This document shows positions 35,494 through 43,496 of a DNA stretch of 59,797 bases, piece after piece; position 1 is the stretch's first letter; the number at the start of each line of letters is the position of its first letter. The notes beneath the pieces were generated by a model, which worked only from the letters and a program-made list of their open reading frames with translations, was not told the DNA's origin and did no database searches. This DNA comes from Candidatus Magasanikiibacteriota bacterium. GTDB taxonomy: Bacteria; Patescibacteriota; Minisyncoccia; UBA6257; GWB1-50-10. The position numbers were made by a program, and so were the translations under genes. Location of the stretch: contig JBDGRM010000032.1 of NCBI GenBank assembly GCA_042218035.1, positions 1 through 59,797 of the forward strand, in the 5' to 3' direction.

Positions 35494-35880
35494 ATGTTAT
35501 ATTTTTTTGTCAGCATTCTTTTGGCTGGAATTGTAGGAGGTTTGTTCATAAGACTTGCTCCTCTACATTCTGCACAGCTCAATGGAATAATTTCAAGGAG
35601 CGCAACTTTCGGTTTCTTACTTGTGGCTGTTTGTGCTGGACTAACGGAAGCTTTCCTAGGAGAAGTAGATCGGTACTCTTGGGATGTAGTGGTTCACCTT
35701 GCTCTGTTGTATTTTATTTTCAGCATGGGAATGGGAGTGATGGGTGCTCCTTCTTCAGTAGTCATAGGAGGAGTAGTGCTTCCCATTTTCGGCATTATAG
35801 TTTACTCTCTAGTGAGAGGTGTAGCAGGAATGTTCCGCTGGCTAGGATTGAATATTTACCGCCAATTTCAAAAGAGATAA
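35494..35880 (+). CDS. Small membrane protein (hypothetical)
   Basis: The ATG overlaps the previous stop (TAGATG). Four hydrophobic segments. Confidence 0.5.
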   Translation: MLYFFVSILLAGIVGGLFIRLAPLHSAQLNGIISRSATFGFLLVAVCAGLTEAFLGEVDRYSWDVVVHLALLYFIFSMGMGVMGAPSSVVIGGVVLPIFGIIVYSLVRGVAGMFRWLGLNIYRQFQKR

Positions 35881-35905
35881 GCAGCAAGACTTTAAGACTT
35901 AAAAA

Positions 35906-35939
35906 CCTGTCCGGATTTTCCGGACGGGCTTTTATTTTT
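35906..35939 (+). terminator. Intrinsic terminator
   Basis: cctgtccgg-atttt-ccggacggg followed by cttttattttt. Confidence 0.65.
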
Positions 35940-35956
35940 GTTCCTTCAATTGAATT

Positions 35957-35988
35957 TAAAAAAGAAAAAGCCCCCATAATGAGGGCTT
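35957..35988 (-). terminator. Intrinsic terminator candidate for the minus-strand exonuclease gene
   Basis: On the minus strand, aagccc...gggctt hairpin followed by tttctttttt. Confidence 0.45.
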
Positions 35989-36031
35989 GAATTGATTTTT
36001 TATTTTTGAGAAATTAGATCCGGGTTTTTGA

Positions 36032-36739
36032 TTACCATTCTAATAAATCAAAAAGCAATTTCCTTCCTACTTGAGCAAGAAACACTGCGTCCTGATCAGC
36101 CCGGTGTGTTTTGTCTCGATTGTCTGGAACCTCAAGCTCTTGTAAGCTTGCTCCTTCTTTTTCTGTGTATCCACGATAAAGTGAGTCAAGATCGAGACCT
36201 TCCCAACCAAAAGGAGAAGGTTCTTTGAGGTGTTTTCCAAAACATAAATCTATATACCCGCCATCAAAAAAGACTGTATCAGTGACACCTTCTACTTCTT
36301 GATTTTGACTCATTTCTTCAATCCAATCTTTAAAGTCTTTTGTGGCTTTTTCAGGACTCTTGCAAACCTTACCCATATGCTTTAAAACTAATAAAGGTGA
36401 AAAGTCCTTATGTGTAGGGTCATAATGAGAATCTTTTTCTCGAAGTTCTTCGAGACACATCAAGTGTTTACATCCGACACGCATAGCCTCAATTTCAAAT
36501 TTATATGAAGTTGGCTGGATTTCTCTGTAAAAAACAAGACCTTTTTCAAAATATTCTTCTAAGGTTAGTTTTTCTCTCGTTATGACGCAAGCCCCAATTG
36601 ATAGGACAGAGTGATGGCCTAGCTTACTACCGGAAGTCTCAACATCATTAACGATATACATCATAAAAAGCTGGGTTTTTTGAGAAGAGGCGAAGAATTC
36701 GAAGGCTTCATACCCGACTCTGGAAGATATATTTATCAA
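36032..36739 (-). CDS. DEDDh-type 3'-5' exonuclease (DnaQ/RNase T-like)
   Basis: Exo I IVNDVETSG, Exo II FFDGGYID, and Exo III HRADQDAV. The start may be the internal MM at 36664. Confidence 0.7.
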   Translation of the reverse strand: MINISSRVGYEAFEFFASSQKTQLFMMYIVNDVETSGSKLGHHSVLSIGACVITREKLTLEEYFEKGLVFYREIQPTSYKFEIEAMRVGCKHLMCLEELREKDSHYDPTHKDFSPLLVLKHMGKVCKSPEKATKDFKDWIEEMSQNQEVEGVTDTVFFDGGYIDLCFGKHLKEPSPFGWEGLDLDSLYRGYTEKEGASLQELEVPDNRDKTHRADQDAVFLAQVGRKLLFDLLEW

Positions 36740-36906
36740 GGTTCTTAATCGAAGATAATAAGTTATTTTGTTGTTGTCAATTTTAATTTATTGGATTTGT
36801 TTTAAAACTAACTTAAATTACCTGAATTCTTGCCCAACTCAAAATTGAGAGGGGCTGCACTCTTTGAAGGTTATTTTGGGCAACGTATGTTATAATTTTG
36901 AACGTT

Positions 36907-37293
36907 ATGAAAACAACAATATTTTTATCAAAACTTATTGGTATCTGCGCTCTTATCACAGGTATAGCTTTTAGTTTTAGGTGGAAGAAATTCAAAGATA
37001 TGATTGAGGATTTGGCTGATAATTTAGGAGTGTTCTATATAATTGTGTTTTTGGAGCTTGTAGGAGGTGTTGCCCTTATTCTTTCTCATAATTTATGGGG
37101 AAATCTGTTGCAGTCATTAGTTTCTATCTTTGGGTGGATTATGGCTGCAGAAGCTACACTTTATCTTCTTATGGATCACAAAAATGTAAAAAAGATTATA
37201 AGCTACTTTAACAAGAAGCCTTTTTATGTGTTTGGGAGTATATTTTATATAGCTCTGGGAATTTACTTCATTTATAGCGGATTTGGATTTTAA
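36907..37293 (+). CDS. Small membrane protein (hypothetical)
   Basis: Four hydrophobic segments. ATG at 36907. Confidence 0.45.
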   Translation: MKTTIFLSKLIGICALITGIAFSFRWKKFKDMIEDLADNLGVFYIIVFLELVGGVALILSHNLWGNLLQSLVSIFGWIMAAEATLYLLMDHKNVKKIISYFNKKPFYVFGSIFYIALGIYFIYSGFGF

Positions 37294-37378
37294 GAGATTT
37301 ACCAAAAGTGGAAGGAGCCTTTTCTATAAATGAATAACTTTTCTGTAAGTAAGTCTTTATTTGATACAATTATTACTG

Positions 37379-37803
37379 ATGATGAATGCTGAAAAGAAAA
37401 TAAAAGAGCTGGGTGAAAAAGCGGATATTCAAATAAATGGAGACAGGCCCTGGGACATTAAGGTTCATAATGATGATTTTTATAAAAGAATCTTATCTCA
37501 AGGAACTTTAGGGTTGGGAGAGTCTTACATGGATGGGTGGTGGGACTGTGAACGTGTTGACGAGATGATCTCAAAAGCGATAAAAGCAGACCTCGCCGAT
37601 GAAATAAAATTTAATCCGGTTATGATTTTTTCCGCCATTAAGGCGGCTATTTTTAATTTAGCTGACAAAACAAAGGCCTGGGTTTTAGGGGAGCATCATT
37701 ATGATGTAGGGAATGAATTATACGAAAAAATGCTGGACAAACGCATGATTTATACCTGCGGATGGTGGAGAGATGCGGATAACTTAGAGGAGGCTCAAGA
37801 TAA
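37379..37803 (+). pseudogene. cfa: 5' fragment (about 142 codons) of a cyclopropane-fatty-acyl-phospholipid synthase gene; a paralogous copy of the start of 40094-41200
   Basis: Its translation is collinear with the first ~145 aa of the full cfa. The two share a 51-nt identical run, tcaaaagcgataaaagcagacctcgccgatgaaataaaatttaatccggtt. Similarity stops abruptly at ~37803, before the SAM-binding motif. Confidence 0.85.
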
Positions 37804-37806
37804 TAC

Positions 37807-37832
37807 AAAAAGCCGCTCTCCAGCGGCTTTTT
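37807..37832. terminator. Symmetric hairpin (bidirectional terminator-like) at the cfa-fragment breakpoint
   Basis: aaaaagccgct-ctcc-agcggcttttt, 11-bp stem. Confidence 0.5.
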
Positions 37833-37834
37833 GT

Positions 37835-37972
37835 AATTGTGTCCCCTGATCTGCCCAGAGCCCGAGCTATGTCTGCTTGGGAGTAGTCTTTCTCAAGCAT
37901 GGCTTTGATTTCGTTTCTTTCGTCTTTGTCTATGTGTTTGTATGTGTTTTTGTCTTGTTTTTTGTCTTTCAT
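37835..37972 (-). mobile_element. Remnant of an IS30-family-like transposase N-terminal HTH
   Basis: DERNEIKAMLEKDYSQADIARALGRSGDTITKS resembles the ER..I..L...G.S...IA..LGRS.STI..E helix-turn-helix of IS30 transposases. No catalytic DDE region follows. Confidence 0.45.
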
Positions 37973-38535
37973 GATGGCTGCATTCTATTGCAGCCGAACG
38001 TTTCGCTTCAAATGAGAATTTGGGTCCGATGTTTAATAAGGCTTTATACGTTTTATGAGTGCAAACTCTGAAGAGTCTTTTAGAAGTTCGTTGCCTTATC
38101 CCTTAAGAGTGCATCTTATATCATTTCTGTCTGTTTTTGTTGGTGGTGACCATAGGAATTTTTATTTGCGCAATTTGGAACTATGTGGCAGATAGATAGT
38201 GTAATAGGAGGTATTTCTTTGGGTTTCGTCATTGCCTATTATGCTGACAATTTCAGTCAAGGAAAGTTAATAATGCTTTGTTTTTTAGCTTCTTTTTTTG
38301 TCTGCGTTGATTTTTTATCCTCAATATAATTTTAACTTGGGATTAGTGTTGGGGGAGTTTTCCGGAACCATGATCGGAGTTGGATTGGAATACGGATTTC
38401 GAAAGGTTTACTTTTATTTTAGAGAATGATTTTCAATTAAAATCCTTCCGCTGTTTTTAACGGTGGAAGGTTTTTCTTTTTGCTTGCTAAGAATTAGTGT
38501 CTGTTCTAATGTTAGAGAGGAATAATCAAATTTTT

Positions 38536-39045
38536 ATGAGCAAGAAAGTTAATCCTGAAAAATTAAATAATTGGCTTGAAAACAGGGAAGCGGTTGTAAT
38601 AGATGTTCGAGAGCCAGATGAGTATTCTCGAGGGCATATTCCTTCGGCTTTGAACTTACCTTTGAGTACTCTCAAGCCGGATGTTTTAGATAATATTGAA
38701 GCTGAGAAAGTTGTTATGCAGTGTAATACCGGTGGTCGTTCTTCTCGGGCTTGTGCTGTTGTCAAAGAAAATACAGACAAACAGCTTTATGATCTGGATG
38801 GAGGGATCGAAGCGTGGAAACAGGCAGGGTTCGAGATTGAAAAAAACAAAGACTTGGGGTTACCCTTGCAAAGACAGGTTCAGATTGCTGTTGGTTTGTT
38901 GGTAATAACTGGTTTGGTTTTAGGGTACTTTTTGCATGAAGCTTTTTATCTTTTGAGCTTATTTGTGTCTTTGGGTTTGTTGAATGCTGGTCTGACAGGT
39001 TGGTGTGGCATGGCTAAGTTGTTATCAAAAGCTTTTTGGAATTAA
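38536..39045 (+). CDS. Rhodanese-domain sulfurtransferase fused to a DUF2892 (YgaP-like) membrane domain
   Basis: VIDVREPDEYSRGHIPSALNLPL, active-site loop CNTGGRSSRA, and C-terminal LPLQRQVQIAVG...NAGLTGWCGMAKLL. Confidence 0.8.
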   Translation: MSKKVNPEKLNNWLENREAVVIDVREPDEYSRGHIPSALNLPLSTLKPDVLDNIEAEKVVMQCNTGGRSSRACAVVKENTDKQLYDLDGGIEAWKQAGFEIEKNKDLGLPLQRQVQIAVGLLVITGLVLGYFLHEAFYLLSLFVSLGLLNAGLTGWCGMAKLLSKAFWN

Positions 39046-39193
39046 AGCAAAACCGAAAAAAGAAAGTTTACCTTTCCGGGTTAGTTTGAAAGTTTGAGTT
39101 GAGGTTTTTAGTATGTTTGCAATTTCTTTTTTGTTGTTTCATTATTTTAGCAGGTTTACGATATAGCTCCTTGAAAAAGACCATCTACTGATT

Positions 39194-40021
39194 ATGGAAC
39201 TTTTAGCGGTGGATGTGCTTTCGTTATGCCTGCTTTCGATAGCTTTTCTGTTCCTTTTAGTTAGTGATGATCGAAACGGGAATTCTGGCCTTTATTTTTG
39301 GTTGAATTTGATTTTGTTCGGATCAATTCTTTTGATCCGGTTGTTTGAAATACATTTTCTTGTGCCTTTATATCCTTTGGTTTTAATCTTCCTGTTGTAT
39401 CTCCAGGTGGATGTGATCGCGGAAAATGTTCACGGCAGTTCTTCTGATTTTGAGAAAAAAGTACAAATTTGGAATGTAAGGGTTTTTGGAAAGCTTTATT
39501 ATTTGAAATTACCTACCTATTTGTCCGGTCGTTTTTGGCGTGAAACTTTCGGTTTTTTCTATTTTTCTTATTATCTTCTTCTGGTAATTCCATTTTTGTG
39601 GTATGGATTCCTCAGCCCGGATCCGTTCGCTCGATTTTCTTTTATTGCAGTGGGAATTTTCGGAAGCTTTATGGCTATTTTTATTTGGTTTCCGGTGGCG
39701 GGCCCGCTTTCGAAAGAAAAAGTCGAGTTGGAAAGGAGAGGGTTTTTCCCAAAATTGATCTATTGGGCTTACAAGCCAGTAGTCTCAAACGGTATTAATT
39801 CCGGAGCTTTCCCGAGTTCGCATGTGGGAATGAGCGTTGGTTTGATGCTTTTGATTTCCCCGAACGCTTTATGGGGTTGGCTTGCCTTAGGACTTTTAAC
39901 TGCGGGGATAGCAGTTTCGACGGTTTACGGCCGATTTCATTATGCAATAGATGCGTTGATGGGAGCCTTGAGTGGATTTGTGCTTTACTTTTTATGGAGC
40001 GCTTTTTATTCGTTTTTGTGA
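39194..40021 (+). CDS. PAP2-superfamily membrane phosphatase/transferase
   Basis: Polytopic protein. FPSSHVGMSVG and YGRFHYAIDALMG (PAP2 C2/C3 motifs). Confidence 0.65.
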   Translation: MELLAVDVLSLCLLSIAFLFLLVSDDRNGNSGLYFWLNLILFGSILLIRLFEIHFLVPLYPLVLIFLLYLQVDVIAENVHGSSSDFEKKVQIWNVRVFGKLYYLKLPTYLSGRFWRETFGFFYFSYYLLLVIPFLWYGFLSPDPFARFSFIAVGIFGSFMAIFIWFPVAGPLSKEKVELERRGFFPKLIYWAYKPVVSNGINSGAFPSSHVGMSVGLMLLISPNALWGWLALGLLTAGIAVSTVYGRFHYAIDALMGALSGFVLYFLWSAFYSFL

Positions 40022-40027
40022 AAGTTC

Positions 40028-40066
40028 AAACCCCAGCTCTTTGCCGGAGTTGGGTTTTCTTTTTTT
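40028..40066 (+). terminator. Intrinsic terminator candidate
   Basis: aaaccccagctc...ggagttgggttt, an imperfect stem (one bulge, one mismatch), followed by tctttttttt. Confidence 0.4.
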
Positions 40067-40093
40067 GGTTTTAATTTGATATAATCATTATTA

Positions 40094-41200
40094 ATGATGG
40101 GAGCTGAGGAAAAAGTAAGGAAGCTGTCCGAAAAAGCAGACATTCGGATAAACGGAAACCGGCCTTGGGATATTCAAGTTCATAACAATGATTTCTACAG
40201 CAGAATATTATCTCAGGGAACTTTGGGTTTGGGAGAATCTTATATGGATGGGTGGTGGGACTGTGAACGTGTTGATGAGATGATTTCAAAAGCGATAAAA
40301 GCAGACCTCGCCGATGAAATAAAATTTAATCCGGTTGTGATTTTCGCCGCTGTCAAAGCGGCGATTTTTAATTTAGCTGACAAAACAAAAGCTTGGGTTT
40401 TAGGAGAACATCATTATGACGTAGGCAATGATCTGTATAAAAAGATGCTAGACGAACGCATGATTTACACCTGCGGATGGTGGAAAGATGCAGATAATTT
40501 GGAAGAAGCCCAAGAGAATAAACTCGATCTTATCTGCCGAAAATTGAATCTTAAAGAAGGCATGAGTGTTTTGGATATCGGGTGCGGTTGGGGTGGGTTC
40601 CTGAAATACGCTGTCAAAAATTACGGTGTCTCCGGTGTCGGTCTCACAATCTCTAAAGAACAAGCAAAACTTGCCAGAAAAATGTGTGAGGGGTTGCCTA
40701 TTGAGATAAAACTTAAAGATTACAGAGAAGAGGACAACGAATATGACCGTGTAGTTTCAATTGGCATGTTTGAGCACGTCGGATGGAAAAATCACAAAAA
40801 ATACATGAAAGCAGTAGAACGTTGCCTTAAGCCCGAAAGCCTTTCAATGCTTCATACCATAGGCCGGAACGAAAGCACTATAATGCTTGAACCTTGGACG
40901 AAGAAATATATTTTCCCCACCGGAACTATTCCATCTATAAAACAAATAGGAAAGTCAATGGAAGGACTGCTGATGATGGAAGACTGGCACAACTTCGGCC
41001 CTGATTATGACAAAACCCTCATGAGTTGGTATCGAAATTTCAATGACAGCTGGGATAGTCTGGAAGGATATGATGAAAGATTCAGAAGAATGTGGAACTA
41101 TTATCTTCAGTCGTGCGCGGGAGCATTCAGGGCGAGGCGTCTACAGTTATGGCAGATAGTCCTCTCAAACGGAGTGGACGGTTACAGATCTATTCGATAG
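40094..41200 (+). CDS. cfa: Cyclopropane-fatty-acyl-phospholipid synthase
   Basis: YMDGWWDC, HYDVGNDLY, SAM motif VLDIGCGWGGF, and FEHVG. 368 aa. Confidence 0.9.
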   Translation: MMGAEEKVRKLSEKADIRINGNRPWDIQVHNNDFYSRILSQGTLGLGESYMDGWWDCERVDEMISKAIKADLADEIKFNPVVIFAAVKAAIFNLADKTKAWVLGEHHYDVGNDLYKKMLDERMIYTCGWWKDADNLEEAQENKLDLICRKLNLKEGMSVLDIGCGWGGFLKYAVKNYGVSGVGLTISKEQAKLARKMCEGLPIEIKLKDYREEDNEYDRVVSIGMFEHVGWKNHKKYMKAVERCLKPESLSMLHTIGRNESTIMLEPWTKKYIFPTGTIPSIKQIGKSMEGLLMMEDWHNFGPDYDKTLMSWYRNFNDSWDSLEGYDERFRRMWNYYLQSCAGAFRARRLQLWQIVLSNGVDGYRSIR

Positions 41201-41368
41201 TAATTATTTTTTTATATAATATTTTTTTGAATGAAGATGATATCTTAAGTTATAAATTTTATTCTTTTTACTTTTTTGCGTTCATTTGTCCTTGTAGATT
41301 ATTGATTTATGACCTTTTACAAGGACAAGAGATGACAGAAACCCACCGGGGTATCCAGGGAGGGTGAA

Positions 41369-41400
41369 GTTGATAATTTGCTTTATTATCAACGGTTTTT
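41369..41400 (+). terminator. Intrinsic terminator-like hairpin 21 nt upstream of mod
   Basis: gttgataat-ttgcttt-attatcaac followed by ggttttt. Confidence 0.5.
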
Positions 41401-41421
41401 GAGTTAAATTGAATATAAGTC

Positions 41422-43494
41422 ATGAGCAATAACAACAAAATGAATCTTACTGATAGTGAACGGGAAGAGGTTCGTCGATTATTAGATAAGGGAAAGCCAT
41501 TGCCGGATAAATATCGCTTTAAACTTTTTGGCGATAAGCGAGAAGTGGAGCTTGTTTGGCACGGTAAGACTCATGAGGTGACAAACGCCGTTTTGCCATT
41601 TCAAACGATTGAGGAGGTGTGGGAGCCTAGAGAAGAAAAACCGGAAGAGGCTCAAGATCAGCTTATAGACACATCTGGCTCTCGTACAACTGGCTGGTCT
41701 AACAAGCTTATTTGGGGAGAGAATTCTTTGATACTTTCAAGTTTAAAAAACGGTCCGCTCAGAGATGAAATTGAACGTCAAGGCGGTATTAAACTTATTT
41801 ATATTGACCCCCCTTTTGATGTAGGTTCTGACTTTTCTATAGATATTAAAGTTGGGGATGAGACTTTAGAAAAAGAACCATCAATAATTGAGGAAATTGC
41901 ATATAGAGATACCTGGGGTGAGGGTACTGATTCTTGGATAGCGATGATATACGAACGTTTAAAGTTAATGAAGGATCTCTTAGCAGACGATGGCTCAATT
42001 TATGTACATTGCGACTGGCGAGTCACAGGGTATTTACGTCTGGTTCTGGACGAGATTTTTGGCAGAGAAAACTTCAGAAATGAGATTGCCTGGTGTTATA
42101 GCGGTCCAGGGAAAAATAATAATGCTTATACACGAAAACATGACACAATTTTCTTTTACGCCAAAGATAAAGACTCTCAAATATTTAATGTTCCTAGAAT
42201 AGAACATAAATCTGGAATTCATAATAAGGGTGCATTTATGGGGAAAGAGTCTGATGATTCCGAAGCTACAGTAAAAGAGTTAGAAGAAAAGGGCAAAAGG
42301 CTAGAGGATTGGTGGACAGATATATATACCGCAGATAGGAAGAGAGATGAGCTTGTTGGGTATCCAACCCAAAAACCGGTAGATCTTTTAAAAAGAATTA
42401 TCAAAGCTTCTTCTAATAAGGGCGATATCGTGGCAGATTTTTTTGTGGGGTCTGGTACTACTTCTGCAGCTGCTGAAAAATTGGGGCGAAAGTGGATATG
42501 TTCTGATCTTGGAAAGTTTGCTATTCATACTACCCGCAAGAGAATGATCAATATCCAAAGGGGGTTGAAAGAGAAGGGGGAAAGTTATCGTGCATTTGAA
42601 ATTTTAAACCTTGGACGTTATGAGAGGGAATATTATATAGGTGAATCTCAAGAGGGTTCCATAGATCAAAGAGAAGACGAATATGAATCATTAATACTTT
42701 CAGCTTATAAAGCCGAACCCGTTAGTGGGTTTTCAATGTTTGCCGGCAAGAAAAACGATCATATGGTAGCTGTGGGTCCGATTAATCTGCCAGTAACTCG
42801 GGGATGGGTGGAAAATGCAGTTGAAGAGGCGCTTGATAATAATATTACTAATGTAGATATACTTGCCTTTGAGTATGAGATGGGTCTTTTCCCCAGAATT
42901 CAGGAAGAAGCAAAGGAAAAAGGTGTATCACTCCATCTAAAAATTATTCCGCCTGAGGTTTTTGATAAGCGTGCAGTAGAAAAGGGTGAGGTTAAATTTT
43001 ACGATGTAGCGTGGATTGATGCAGAAGTATCTCAAAAGAAAGGCAAGGTGCGTGTTGAGCTTACTAACTTTTCAGTTAATTACAATCAGGATGCTGATTT
43101 GGACCCCGCAGATGATCTTAGAAAGCGAGGCAAAAAGGTTATCATTCGGAACGGCCAGGTTGTAAAACTTTCAAAAGACAAAGACGGCGTTGTTGAAGAA
43201 GAGATTGTTACTAAGGAGTGGACCGACTGGATTGATTATTGGGCTGTGGATTTTGATTTTGAAAGCAAAAAAGAAATTGTTCAAGTAGAGAATGAGGATG
43301 GGGAATTTGAAGAGAAATGGACCGGAAATTATATATTTGAGAATGAATGGCAAAGTTTCCGAACCAAAGATGATAGGGAGTTAGAGTTGGAAACCCCATG
43401 GCACGAAATTCAAGAAAGTAAGGCAGATCGTAAAATTGCTGTAAAAGTAGTTGATATATTTGGCAACGACACTATGAAAATAATTGAAACTTAA
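41422..43494 (+). CDS. mod: Type III restriction-modification methyltransferase (Mod), beta-class N6A/N4C MTase
   Basis: N-terminal ELVWHGK. Motif IV IYIDPPFDVGSDF lies upstream of motif I DFFVGSGTTSAAAEKLGRKW. 690 aa. Its stop is 2 nt before res. Confidence 0.9.
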   Translation: MSNNNKMNLTDSEREEVRRLLDKGKPLPDKYRFKLFGDKREVELVWHGKTHEVTNAVLPFQTIEEVWEPREEKPEEAQDQLIDTSGSRTTGWSNKLIWGENSLILSSLKNGPLRDEIERQGGIKLIYIDPPFDVGSDFSIDIKVGDETLEKEPSIIEEIAYRDTWGEGTDSWIAMIYERLKLMKDLLADDGSIYVHCDWRVTGYLRLVLDEIFGRENFRNEIAWCYSGPGKNNNAYTRKHDTIFFYAKDKDSQIFNVPRIEHKSGIHNKGAFMGKESDDSEATVKELEEKGKRLEDWWTDIYTADRKRDELVGYPTQKPVDLLKRIIKASSNKGDIVADFFVGSGTTSAAAEKLGRKWICSDLGKFAIHTTRKRMINIQRGLKEKGESYRAFEILNLGRYEREYYIGESQEGSIDQREDEYESLILSAYKAEPVSGFSMFAGKKNDHMVAVGPINLPVTRGWVENAVEEALDNNITNVDILAFEYEMGLFPRIQEEAKEKGVSLHLKIIPPEVFDKRAVEKGEVKFYDVAWIDAEVSQKKGKVRVELTNFSVNYNQDADLDPADDLRKRGKKVIIRNGQVVKLSKDKDGVVEEEIVTKEWTDWIDYWAVDFDFESKKEIVQVENEDGEFEEKWTGNYIFENEWQSFRTKDDRELELETPWHEIQESKADRKIAVKVVDIFGNDTMKIIET

Positions 43495-43496
43495 TT

